DNA of 24,393 nt from positions 1 through 24,393 of the IMG/VR virus record IMGVR_UViG_3300042519_002211; one strand, given 5' to 3'. The stretch comes from a virus. Its lineage: Duplodnaviria; Caudoviricetes. Both the position numbers and the translations under genes were made by a program. Shown here in pieces: positions 13,176 to 21,623 of the stretch. Every line of letters starts with the position of its first letter. The stretch's first letter is position 1. The notes beneath the pieces are model-generated. The model made no database searches. It had not been told where the DNA came from and saw nothing but the letters and a program-made list of their open reading frames with translations.

Positions 13176-13239
13176 CTACTTTCTTAAAAAACTTTTTGTT
13201 ACTTATTTACCGACTTTACTTTTCGAACTTGATTTGCTG

Positions 13240-13267
13240 ACTTTATTCTTTTTTTAACTTCTGTCAA
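13240..13267 (-). promoter_or_regulatory. sigma70-like promoter (TTGACA-16-TAAAGT)
   Basis: First copy of the duplicated unit. Confidence 0.55.
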
Positions 13268-13289
13268 ATACTTTCTTAAAAACTTACTA

Positions 13290-13323
13290 AATAAAAAACC
13301 CACCCCTTTTTCTTGGGTGGGCC
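13290..13323 (-). terminator. intrinsic terminator of the putative attenuator
   Basis: CCCACCC-AAGAAAAAG-GGGTGGG followed by TTTTTTATTT. Confidence 0.85.
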
Positions 13324-13355
13324 TTCTAGGTTGGTAAATTTTTATTTTACTCCTA

Positions 13356-13469
13356 TTATGCCGCACCCCTCGTATTATCGCCTTCGACGGCTCCGAGTGT
13401 AGGTTGCGTAATAAAGCAACGGCTCCACTTGGAGTTGTTTGTTAGCGATTTCTGTGAATACTGTTTCAT
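13356..13469 (-). CDS. putative attenuator leader peptide MKQYSQKSLTNNSKWSRCFITQPTLGAVEGDNTRGAA
   Basis: 37 codons ending TAA TAG, lying between a promoter and a terminator; last codons overlap the antiterminator arm. Confidence 0.7.
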   Translation of the reverse strand: MKQYSQKSLTNNSKWSRCFITQPTLGAVEGDNTRGAA

Positions 13470-13504
13470 TGAATTGTTAAGACTGCTCTTAATTAATAAA
13501 TAGG

Positions 13505-13533
13505 ACTATGCCCGCAAAAAAATCAAAAGTCAA
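13505..13533 (-). promoter_or_regulatory. sigma70-like promoter (TTGACT-17-CATAGT) for the leader
   Basis: -35 at 13528-13533, -10 at 13505-13510, 35 nt upstream of the leader ATG. Confidence 0.6.
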
Positions 13534-13610
13534 TAACTTTTTTCGAAAAATCTCACTTTTTTCGCAAACTTCGTCGTCAGGGACTTTTTATAACGATATT
13601 TATACCCAGC

Positions 13611-13979
13611 ATGTTCACCTATAAGCAGTTTTTTTCAAGCCTTTTGACTGAGATGTACTATGGCAAGACTCACAAGGACACCGACTTGCCCGACAATCGC
13701 CCGTATGGCTTCATGGTATATCCCGATGGCACGTTTGGAATTGCCCATTCAATGATGAGTCACGATGATTTGGTCGGTGGCAGGAGCAACATGAACAAAA
13801 TTGTGTTTTTGGGCGGTGTGAGACTGGCAATTGGAGCAGACAACTCCAACGAACACTACTTTGCCGAGTATATAAAGGCGCGGGCAAAGCCACAGGCACT
13901 CAGGACAGCAAAAGACTTAGCGTCTTGGTATGGACTACCATTGAAATTTGAAGAATATGACGCAAACCGATTTGGTTAA
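13611..13979 (+). CDS. hypothetical protein, probable internal head protein
   Basis: N-terminus MFTYKQFFSSLLTE; TATTTATA at 13597-13604. Confidence 0.8.
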   Translation: MFTYKQFFSSLLTEMYYGKTHKDTDLPDNRPYGFMVYPDGTFGIAHSMMSHDDLVGGRSNMNKIVFLGGVRLAIGADNSNEHYFAEYIKARAKPQALRTAKDLASWYGLPLKFEEYDANRFG

Positions 13980-14000
13980 AAACTTAAATTATTACCTAAC

Positions 14001-14489
14001 ATGTTTACCTATAAGGAATTTTTTAACTATCTGTATGAAAATGACGCAGAGCACCAAAAAACTCTAAGTGATACCGGGTTTTGGGGGAAGCGCGGGGCTG
14101 GATGTATATTTTTAGCAGCAGACACAAAACGAATATGTTTACCACTGCGTTCGCGTAGTGTGGAACAACCAAATACATGGGGAGTGTGGGGAGGGGCACT
14201 TGATGGAGACGAAGACCCCGAAGAAGCAGTAAAACGAGAAGCTCAAGAAGAGACGGGGCATCGTGGTACAGTACAATTGATACCACTCCACGTGTTCTCT
14301 AAGGGAACGTTCAAGTATTATAATTTTTTGGCAATCGTTCCACACGAATTTTCTCCACAGCTAAATTGGGAAACGGCAGACTTTGTTTGGACAACTTTTG
14401 GAAAATGGCCTTCCCCTTTACATTTCGGTCTGGAATCGCTGATTAAAAATTCAGGAGATAAAATACAACAAGCGATTACAACGCTTTGA
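14001..14489 (+). CDS. Nudix hydrolase
   Basis: Nudix box GALDGDEDPEEAVKREAQEETG; N-terminus MFTYKEFFNYLYE. Confidence 0.92.
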   Translation: MFTYKEFFNYLYENDAEHQKTLSDTGFWGKRGAGCIFLAADTKRICLPLRSRSVEQPNTWGVWGGALDGDEDPEEAVKREAQEETGHRGTVQLIPLHVFSKGTFKYYNFLAIVPHEFSPQLNWETADFVWTTFGKWPSPLHFGLESLIKNSGDKIQQAITTL

Positions 14490-14958
14490 TTTGCCAATAG
14501 GTGCGAACCTTCATGAGCAATTTACCAAGATTGTTCTCACCACCAATGTTTATGTCTACTCCCCAGAATTTATCTCGCCACCAGTTAGTTTCTTCTATGA
14601 AACGGTCGCCAGTATCCAAGAGTCTTTGTCGCAATTCCGGGTGTTTGTTGTACTTTTCGAGTGTTACCCATGTCATTACCTTTAATTTACGAGAATCCCA
14701 CTCGTCCGGAGTTTTATCTAATGGCCGACACATTTTCCACACTTTCTTAGAATCGGCGGGAGTACAAGTGGTCAACATGCGGCGGTCAACCGGTACAACT
14801 TTAGACGCCTGATAAGCATTCTCTGTGCTAGGATAAATCAAACCCTCGTATTCAATGGCGCACACGTGGAAATTACTCAGAAATCTAAAGTTTCCAAAAA
14901 ATCCCTTGACGTTTTTATCGTCGTGGACCGCGATCTTTTTCCATTGCAGTTCGTTCAT
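14476..14958 (-). CDS. NADAR (YbiA-like) family protein
   Basis: FLSNF..YPSTENAYQASK..LLDTG..E..W.D.FWG..GENNLGKLLM; start reassigned to MNELQW. Confidence 0.92.
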   Translation of the reverse strand: MNELQWKKIAVHDDKNVKGFFGNFRFLSNFHVCAIEYEGLIYPSTENAYQASKVVPVDRRMLTTCTPADSKKVWKMCRPLDKTPDEWDSRKLKVMTWVTLEKYNKHPELRQRLLDTGDRFIEETNWWRDKFWGVDINIGGENNLGKLLMKVRTYWQIKAL

Positions 14959-14962
14959 AAAT

Positions 14963-15187
14963 TTAAAAAGAATCGTTCGCCTCGATTTCAAACAGCTTTT
15001 CGACACACTCTTTAAGCCAGAGTTTTGCTTGGGCGTGCTCTTTGACATGAACCGTCTCACCAAACAATTTTTCACAAGTCTCTGGTGAATGTATGTTATA
15101 TTTTTGTTCCAACAATTTCATTATGTCCGAAAAAGCTGCGTTGGCTTGCATTTTTGCAAACATATAATTTGGTCCTTGGCATGCCAT
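14963..15187 (-). CDS. hypothetical protein
   Basis: 74-aa ORF packed tightly in the minus-strand operon. Confidence 0.65.
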   Translation of the reverse strand: MACQGPNYMFAKMQANAAFSDIMKLLEQKYNIHSPETCEKLFGETVHVKEHAQAKLWLKECVEKLFEIEANDSF

Positions 15188-15189
15188 GT

Positions 15190-15360
15190 TTATTCAATGG
15201 TTAAATTTTTAAAATCTCTGGCTCTATAGAATTTTTCTCCGATCTTAATACAGGCAGTTTCAAACGATGAAGCGGAGACTAATACATGCTCATAAGCTTC
15301 TTCGTAACCTTGGCAGTATGCGTCGTAATAAAAAGCCACCAAGTATTGTTTATTTTTCAT
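15190..15360 (-). CDS. small hypothetical protein (56 aa, MKNKQYLVAFYYDAYCQGYEE...)
   Basis: Below the ORF-track cutoff; fills the gap between the ligase and the next gene. Confidence 0.6.
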   Translation of the reverse strand: MKNKQYLVAFYYDAYCQGYEEAYEHVLVSASSFETACIKIGEKFYRARDFKNLTIE

Positions 15361-15386
15361 TTGATCAATTCTGATCGGCGCTCATG

Positions 15387-16436
15387 TTATTCTTTATACT
15401 TCTCAAGATAACGATTACTGATCGTCTTGAAGCTCATACGACCTTTGAGAGTATCGCTGTAAGTTTCTTCTAGTGGACGCCAGACAATACCTTCGGCGGG
15501 AGTACCATTGTCGTAATTTAGACCGTTAGCGATGCCAAGCAAATGATTTACATCTCGTGGCCCAACCACACCACCAAAATCAAGCCGATATACGTTCTTA
15601 ACCACTTTCAATCCGTGCTTTTCTCCAAACGCAACAAGCTCGTTGTATCCGGCATACTTTCCTGTGTCAATGTCGTACAGGTTGAAGAGATAAAGGTCGA
15701 TTTCTGATAGCCCAAGTCGGTTCGCTTGAATTCCCGGTCCAACCATTTCACCTTGAACACAGATATTCTTTCCCTCGCTACGAAGGATTTCTTCTAGTTT
15801 TAACTTGCGCGCCAGTTTCCAATGCGCATTGTCTTCGGTTTCTTTTAAATTGAGATTGCGCGAACACACCCCGAACTCACCGTCGCGAAGATATGAAGTA
15901 AAACTCGTACCATCCATTTTCAAAGTACCAACCAACAGCAATCGTTTATCAATTGCTTCCTGTAAAACCTCTGGTACCGACTGTAAACGAGTCTCGTCTG
16001 TCTTGTGTAAGAACGACGGAAAGTTTCCTCTCGATATTCCAGCTAAATGCGCAGGAATGTAAGGTTCGTACTTTTCAATGCCCAAAAACCCAGTACAGTC
16101 ACACCCGACTTCATAGTTCATGCCCTGTAAGAATGCAATCAGGCTCGTATCAAATAAGCTAACGGGCAACATTAAACCCTGACTTAATTGACCACGCAGA
16201 CGGATTGTCTTAACGCGGAGTTTCTTTCCCGGTTCTTTACGTAAATGGTCATTCCAACTTGCAATCGGTAAAACCGAGTCAATTTCAAAAAAAATACCAC
16301 TGTCCCCGACTTTGAACTCGTTGACTTTTACAACACACTCCCAGCCCAAAACCTTGGCACAGAGAATGGCATCGGCCCCCGGAATTGGTTTGAGGTCCGC
16401 GATAACTTGAATAGATGCGAGTTTGCGTTCTGCCAT
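15387..16436 (-). CDS. ATP-dependent RNA ligase, DRB0094-like family
   Basis: N-terminal OB-like RKLASIQ..IPGADAI..SQGL, KTDETRLQ, motif I KMDGTS, QGEMVGPGIQ, EGIVWR, FKTIS; start at MAERKL. Confidence 0.92.
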   Translation of the reverse strand: MAERKLASIQVIADLKPIPGADAILCAKVLGWECVVKVNEFKVGDSGIFFEIDSVLPIASWNDHLRKEPGKKLRVKTIRLRGQLSQGLMLPVSLFDTSLIAFLQGMNYEVGCDCTGFLGIEKYEPYIPAHLAGISRGNFPSFLHKTDETRLQSVPEVLQEAIDKRLLLVGTLKMDGTSFTSYLRDGEFGVCSRNLNLKETEDNAHWKLARKLKLEEILRSEGKNICVQGEMVGPGIQANRLGLSEIDLYLFNLYDIDTGKYAGYNELVAFGEKHGLKVVKNVYRLDFGGVVGPRDVNHLLGIANGLNYDNGTPAEGIVWRPLEETYSDTLKGRMSFKTISNRYLEKYKE

Positions 16437-16445
16437 AATGCAGAC

Positions 16446-16473
16446 AGAATGCACAAATTTATTCAACTGTCAA
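16446..16473 (-). promoter_or_regulatory. sigma70-like promoter (TTGACA-16-CATTCT)
   Basis: Directly upstream of the RNA ligase start. Confidence 0.45.
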
Positions 16474-16486
16474 CTACTTTTTGTAA

Positions 16487-17101
16487 TTACCTATTGTAAG
16501 GAATCTTGTCGAAGTCCAGATTGTACTTATCGCACAAAGCTTTGCACTTTCTAAATGCCACAAATGCTTCTTTTTCATTATCAGACATTGCCATCGTCTT
16601 TAACTTCTTCGCGGTGGCAAACGTGTCTTCATGATCGATTCCTTTATACACGTAAGATACCATTTCTGGCAGTAACTTACTAGCATTTCCAGTAGAATTG
16701 TGCGCGTCCCCGGCACCGTGCTCAATTTCTGGATATTTCTTCTCCATTTCCTCTTTAAGAAGGTACAATTCTTTTACAGTCGGGTCTTGGCGAATGCTCT
16801 CGGTCAAAATGAAATACAAAAAGTTTAAAATCGGCGTTTGTTTGGTCGGAATGAAAAGTTGATTATCTTGGAATATTTGTTCTTCTTTCAACCCGCGACG
16901 TTGGCCATCTTCCAGCATCAATTTGCGCTTTTCCGTGCCTTCATCAATCTCCCTTTCATATTTTTTCTGATAGTCGCGCGACGCTTCCACCAACCCGGCT
17001 TTATCTTTTCGTAAATCTTGGGCCTTTTTAGCAAATATCTGGGCGAAGTTTGGATCGGCTTTTAGTCTGTCCAACGTAAATGAAGTAATGTTTGAACTCA
17101 T
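16487..17101 (-). CDS. hypothetical protein with C-terminal DUF2786-like motif
   Basis: KKLKTMAMSDNEKEAFVAFRKCKALCDKYNL. Confidence 0.7.
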   Translation of the reverse strand: MSSNITSFTLDRLKADPNFAQIFAKKAQDLRKDKAGLVEASRDYQKKYEREIDEGTEKRKLMLEDGQRRGLKEEQIFQDNQLFIPTKQTPILNFLYFILTESIRQDPTVKELYLLKEEMEKKYPEIEHGAGDAHNSTGNASKLLPEMVSYVYKGIDHEDTFATAKKLKTMAMSDNEKEAFVAFRKCKALCDKYNLDFDKIPYNR

Positions 17102-17145
17102 ATATTATATAAAACTGTATATATGTATATATATTATGGTAGAAT

Positions 17146-17172
17146 AAAAACGGCGATAAAAATCGCCGTTTT
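17146..17172. terminator. bidirectional intrinsic terminator
   Basis: AAAACGGCGAT-AAAA-ATCGCCGTTTT. Confidence 0.85.
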
Positions 17173-17193
17173 GTAAAGCTACTATCCTATTGC

Positions 17194-17886
17194 TTATGTG
17201 GCCGATTTTTTAAACAGATCGGTGTCAACTATACCAGACTTTACTGATCGTGCGTAGCTCATATACGACGTTGAAATTTTAGTCGACGCTTCCATTCTGC
17301 CAAAATCGGTATCAGCAACAGCTACGGTGTTAGCCGAACTGATTCCGAGCGTAGCAGATGTGGCAGCAACGTTATCGAAGCTTCCGCAACCAACGAATGT
17401 GAACGTCCACTTTCCGTCGGATTGAAAGTGGTCAAGCATCTTTTTGATGGCCGCTCTGTCCCACTTCTTTGAAGAATTTTCTGATCCGTCCGTGTAGATG
17501 GTGACAATTATCTTTAAGTTGTCGTCACCCAATTTGTCGCCGTGAAATCCCTTTACCTTCTCGATACCGTAACCGATTGCATCCAATAGGGGAGTCCAAC
17601 CACCGGGACGGTATTCCGCTTCCACCATGTCAGTAATATTCTCGACCTTTATGCCAACGCGAGTGAAAACGAAGTCGGTTTCACTTAGAGTCGATGGTAT
17701 TCCGTTGCCAATCCACATGTTGTCATTGGAACTAAACTGTAGTAATGTGTTTAAAATTACTATGTCGGCGTCTACTTCTCGTTTTAAGGTATTGATGTTG
17801 TCATTAATACCTTCAATGGTACGACCCCGATAAGGACTCATACTCGTGCTCTTGTCTACTATCGTTAATGCATGAATTGTTTTCAT
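17194..17886 (-). CDS. von Willebrand factor A domain protein
   Basis: MIDAS DKSTSM, TPLLDAIG, TDGSENSS. Confidence 0.9.
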   Translation of the reverse strand: MKTIHALTIVDKSTSMSPYRGRTIEGINDNINTLKREVDADIVILNTLLQFSSNDNMWIGNGIPSTLSETDFVFTRVGIKVENITDMVEAEYRPGGWTPLLDAIGYGIEKVKGFHGDKLGDDNLKIIVTIYTDGSENSSKKWDRAAIKKMLDHFQSDGKWTFTFVGCGSFDNVAATSATLGISSANTVAVADTDFGRMEASTKISTSYMSYARSVKSGIVDTDLFKKSAT

Positions 17887-17919
17887 ATAAAATTTATTTG
17901 ATTGTTGTTTGATTGAATA

Positions 17920-18888
17920 TTAGCCGACCCATCCTTTTGGTGGTTGGCAGTAGCTCGATTTGAATGCTTTTGGCATTTGCGGTTCTTCCGATACTCTTGG
18001 GTCTTCGTCTAAGTCCAAGCCCATATCTACTAGCGCAGTCTTACTGGCATAGTACGTGACGATTTCAGTAAGCAAGTCACCTTTATCAAAGTATTCCTTC
18101 TTTACCCTGTCATCCAGTTTCTTGCCCCAGCCAGTTCCAGTATCGAATTGCTTGTAGCTAATCGGAGCATCAAAGCTATTGGCTGACATTGAACGCAACA
18201 CACCGCCACACGATTGCCCGCCAGCACCTTTGGAAATGCCTTTAGACATATTAGCGGTGTAAGTGTATGACGTTGCGTTTGCCGCCGTGCCGAGTGAATT
18301 AACATCAGCACTATAGTTTGCGCACGTGGTAACACTGCCACCAGTACCGGAAACACCTAGCGTACCTCCCGTACCCACTGTGTAATTAGGACTACCGGAA
18401 GTGTAAATTATGTTAGGATACGACGGATATGGATTCCACGGATATACATAGTACGGCTGTGGGTGGTAATGATGAATTACCGTTGGTTGTGGAGCAGGAG
18501 CCTTATACTTTTCCTTGAATACTCGCACACCAATCACACCAGAATTTCTTGCGTCGCTGGTTGCATTTTGGACGTAGGTTTTACCTTTAGAAGTAAAGAT
18601 AAAGGCCGCAGAATTCTGATCGCTAATCCTGTAGCCTTTTATTTCTACATTACTATACGGGTCGAGTATGTAACCCTTGTTACTTTCCTCTGCCGCCTTG
18701 CCAGTAATAACGTCCAATCCATCCACGGACAAAACTGCCATGACCTTGAATGAATTGTCGTTCTTTAGACGAATGGAATAATTAGTTCCATGTCTGCTTT
18801 CAATGAATGACATTCCTTTGTGGGAGTATTCACGAGTTGGGCGTCCGTTTACTAGGACGCGCATATCTATACCATGATTGTATGACAT
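17920..18888 (-). CDS. hypothetical protein (beta-rich N-domain, low-complexity centre)
   Basis: 322 aa; LSVDGLDVITG..GYIL..IKGYR..GVIGVRVFKE; adjacent to vWA gene. Confidence 0.85.
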   Translation of the reverse strand: MSYNHGIDMRVLVNGRPTREYSHKGMSFIESRHGTNYSIRLKNDNSFKVMAVLSVDGLDVITGKAAEESNKGYILDPYSNVEIKGYRISDQNSAAFIFTSKGKTYVQNATSDARNSGVIGVRVFKEKYKAPAPQPTVIHHYHPQPYYVYPWNPYPSYPNIIYTSGSPNYTVGTGGTLGVSGTGGSVTTCANYSADVNSLGTAANATSYTYTANMSKGISKGAGGQSCGGVLRSMSANSFDAPISYKQFDTGTGWGKKLDDRVKKEYFDKGDLLTEIVTYYASKTALVDMGLDLDEDPRVSEEPQMPKAFKSSYCQPPKGWVG

Positions 18889-18953
18889 ATATCAAACCTT
18901 TTGTTATTTAGTTTTCTAGGCTCACAATGAGCACTTCAAGTCATATATATACG

Positions 18954-19493
18954 CTAAATTTTCTTTTCGTCAAGAAAATTCGCTCTTTGGCCAATTTTTA
19001 ATTTCAATAACTCGTCTAAAGCTCCCATCGGACGAAGTTCTGTATTATGCTTATAATAATTGACTATACCATATCCAAAATCTTTTGTTGGTGCTTCCAT
19101 TACTACCGACTTCTTTTCCCAGCCCAAAAATCTTACAGTATTATCGACTATCCCCGCCAGTACCAAAATATCCGCTGCGCCGGGGGCGTCCTTTTTTTTC
19201 AAAAACAAATAAATTGGTTTTCTAGCAGTTTTAACGTCAATTGATAAGTCTCTTGCTGGATATTGAAGCACAAAATCTACACTCTTGTCACCGTCTGGTC
19301 GAACTTCTTCATCCATTTTCAAGCCAAAAATTTTTGCGAATGCCATTTCCCCTTTAACTCCAATAACGTTTTCCTCCGATTCGTTCTTAAAAAACCGGCG
19401 GGTGTTATTATAATTATTGTGACCAGATTGGCGCTTCTTTCCCAAAGTTTCCGCCAACTCCCCGTCAACTATTACCGTGTATTTTGTATTCAT
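18954..19493 (-). CDS. putative PD-(D/E)XK nuclease-like protein
   Basis: GEMAFA..DKSVDF..IDVKT pattern. Confidence 0.65.
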   Translation of the reverse strand: MNTKYTVIVDGELAETLGKKRQSGHNNYNNTRRFFKNESEENVIGVKGEMAFAKIFGLKMDEEVRPDGDKSVDFVLQYPARDLSIDVKTARKPIYLFLKKKDAPGAADILVLAGIVDNTVRFLGWEKKSVVMEAPTKDFGYGIVNYYKHNTELRPMGALDELLKLKIGQRANFLDEKKI

Positions 19494-20139
19494 TTTTTAT
19501 ATTCTGCATATATTGCCACCCATCAACAATCCACTTACTGTAAACTTCATATTCCCCAAGTGTACCATACCAGCCACAGGCATACGGAGAATTGGATTCT
19601 ACCAAAGCAACATCACCGTTTGGGTACGTACCAAAGTCAACACATCCACAAAAGTCCTTGGGCCAATCTATATTAAGTACCGGGGCATTTGATTCTTCGG
19701 CTCCACAACACCATTTGGCGGCTACTACTTCGCCCCAAGATATATAATATCTCCATTCGTTGACAAATTGAACTATTTCGGAGCACCAGTACGGGCCTCG
19801 TTTCTTACCTTTCCACGTTCCGCTTGTCACGAATCCGGTGAACCTCTTGTGGCAATCTGCTGGCTTTATAAACACTTTGTTCCCAAATGGCCACTTTGTC
19901 TGCTGCCACACCTTTCTTTTGAGCCACGGGGCTAGAAACGCGGGATAATAGTCGGGCACAGTGGCATTTCCAAGCACTTGATCGGTCCATTGAACTGAAC
20001 CGTAGGCTACCCAGTCTTTTGGTACGTCTTGGGGCTTGGCGAAGAAACGTCTTGGAATCTTATAATAATTGGCGTACAGGCAAATGGCTTGGGCCTCTTT
20101 GCTGGTATCGCCGTGTTGTATTCCAAATCCGTTGATCAT
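19465..20139 (-). CDS. ATP-grasp domain protein (DUF4343/R2K-like)
   Basis: VFIKP..FTGFV..SEIV.F.NEWR..VDFG..LVESN..GWYG. Confidence 0.8.
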   Translation of the reverse strand: MINGFGIQHGDTSKEAQAICLYANYYKIPRRFFAKPQDVPKDWVAYGSVQWTDQVLGNATVPDYYPAFLAPWLKRKVWQQTKWPFGNKVFIKPADCHKRFTGFVTSGTWKGKKRGPYWCSEIVQFVNEWRYYISWGEVVAAKWCCGAEESNAPVLNIDWPKDFCGCVDFGTYPNGDVALVESNSPYACGWYGTLGEYEVYSKWIVDGWQYMQNIKNEYKIHGNS

Positions 20140-20420
20140 AAAAACTGCATTTTTGTCGTCAAGCTCCGATTTGTCAAGCTCCGACGCCGACGTAAAACAA
20201 TGTCATCCGGTGCAATTTTTTCTGTAACTACCAACGGTATGTATGGCGCGTAAACAATCCCCGTTTCCATAAATTGACTTCCTTTGAATCTCAATACAGG
20301 AGAACTGTTTGGTCTTGGGCATTTATATACTTTCCAATTTGTACCATCGAAAATATAGCCTCTCGCAACGGGCGCTACCGCTAACCCGACCAAAGTACCT
20401 AAAAATCTACGTCTATTCAT
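20136..20420 (-). CDS. Tat-like signal peptide fused to a major-capsid C-terminal-like motif
   Basis: MNRRRFLGTLVGLAVAP; FKGSQFMETGIVYAPYIPL. Confidence 0.7.
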   Translation of the reverse strand: MNRRRFLGTLVGLAVAPVARGYIFDGTNWKVYKCPRPNSSPVLRFKGSQFMETGIVYAPYIPLVVTEKIAPDDIVLRRRRSLTNRSLTTKMQFL

Positions 20421-20632
20421 TTTTTAATATCCATGTAGTAGACCGTGCCAGATGGTGGAGACATTGGGCGAACCTGTACTGATTCCTTTGCCACAAGGGA
20501 AGGAAAAACTCTTCGACATAACCCGGCCATTTTGTTATATGCCGCCGGTACATATGATGATACCGCGTTAACAACTAGTTTCGGTGCAGTGACCAACCCG
20601 ATCAAAGTTCCTAAAAATTTACGTCTGTTCAT
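20417..20632 (-). CDS. Tat-like signal peptide fused to a major-capsid Gol-region-like motif
   Basis: MNRRKFLGTLIGLVTAP; GLCRRVFPSLVAKESVQVRPMSPPSGTVYYMD. Confidence 0.72.
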   Translation of the reverse strand: MNRRKFLGTLIGLVTAPKLVVNAVSSYVPAAYNKMAGLCRRVFPSLVAKESVQVRPMSPPSGTVYYMDIKK

Positions 20633-20633
20633 G

Positions 20634-20894
20634 TTATGCGGTTCCCATCAATCTAAAAACTTCTTTCTTGTACAATAGGTTGTGTGGCACCGATTCGTCA
20701 AGCTCTCTCACTGCCGCGACGATTTCGGCCAGTAGCGGACCAGTTACAACGTCTCCCTGTGGAGGGTAACTTGTATAAACAGTGCCGGATGTGCGGGAAC
20801 CGAGTCGGTTGTCAACATAATAGTTCTCGCCATTATCGAACACAACAGCAATCGTTCCGCCATCCAAATATACAGTTATGTGTTTAATTTTCAT
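20634..20894 (-). CDS. hypothetical protein
   Basis: 86 aa, LDGGT motif, translationally coupled to neighbours. Confidence 0.7.
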   Translation of the reverse strand: MKIKHITVYLDGGTIAVVFDNGENYYVDNRLGSRTSGTVYTSYPPQGDVVTGPLLAEIVAAVRELDESVPHNLLYKKEVFRLMGTA

Positions 20895-21208
20895 AATCTT
20901 TCATCAATCAATTTTTTTATAATATCCCCATGACAATTTTGTGGCTTACAATAACAGACAAGGTACACGTCATTACCTCTGGCTAGGTTTGTAATTTTGT
21001 CAAGGTAATTATTAATAAGTGGATTGTTCATTCTGGCACGTTCAAGCCATTCGCTGTATTTTTCTATGGCTTCTTCGCGTGTTGCTACCTTGTGTTCCGC
21101 TTTGGTGTTATCCATATGACTGTATGGGTTCCCGAGAGGCGACCCGCGACCACAGTATATGTCATATGGAGTCGGTTTATGTGTATACTTGTTTACCACG
21201 GTGATCAT
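20891..21208 (-). CDS. DUF4326 domain protein
   Basis: YCGRGSPLGNPY..LVCYCKPQNCHGDII; start reassigned to MITVVN. Confidence 0.85.
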   Translation of the reverse strand: MITVVNKYTHKPTPYDIYCGRGSPLGNPYSHMDNTKAEHKVATREEAIEKYSEWLERARMNNPLINNYLDKITNLARGNDVYLVCYCKPQNCHGDIIKKLIDERL

Positions 21209-21404
21209 TTTAATATTTGCTTTTTCGTAAATTGTCAACTGCCCACAGAGGTTGGTAATTAGTATAATGAACAGCTTCATTGAACTGTCGTAGGTCAGTC
21301 ATATCAAATTTACTTCTTGTACTTGTTTACTACTTGTATGCGTACTATAGCTATTTTATGTAGTTTTTGGTTTTAGTATTTCGTCTATTATAGATAATTA
21401 GATT

Positions 21405-21623
21405 TCATAGCCATTTCTTTACCTCGGCATCGTTTTTATATCCACCCTTTTTGGCAGCAGATTTGATTTCTTTCAACTCTGCCCCTTTAATTTCTTCTGC
21501 CATTATATTGACCGGATGCATGTCATATATTTTATTATCGTCAGTAAGATAATAATTTTTATCAATACATTCAAGTCGTACAGTTTTGTTGTCTGTAAAA
21601 AATACAGCGTCGTTTATTTTCAT
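21405..21623 (-). CDS. hypothetical protein
   Basis: 72 aa, ATGA-coupled to the upstream gene. Confidence 0.7.
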   Translation of the reverse strand: MKINDAVFFTDNKTVRLECIDKNYYLTDDNKIYDMHPVNIMAEEIKGAELKEIKSAAKKGGYKNDAEVKKWL

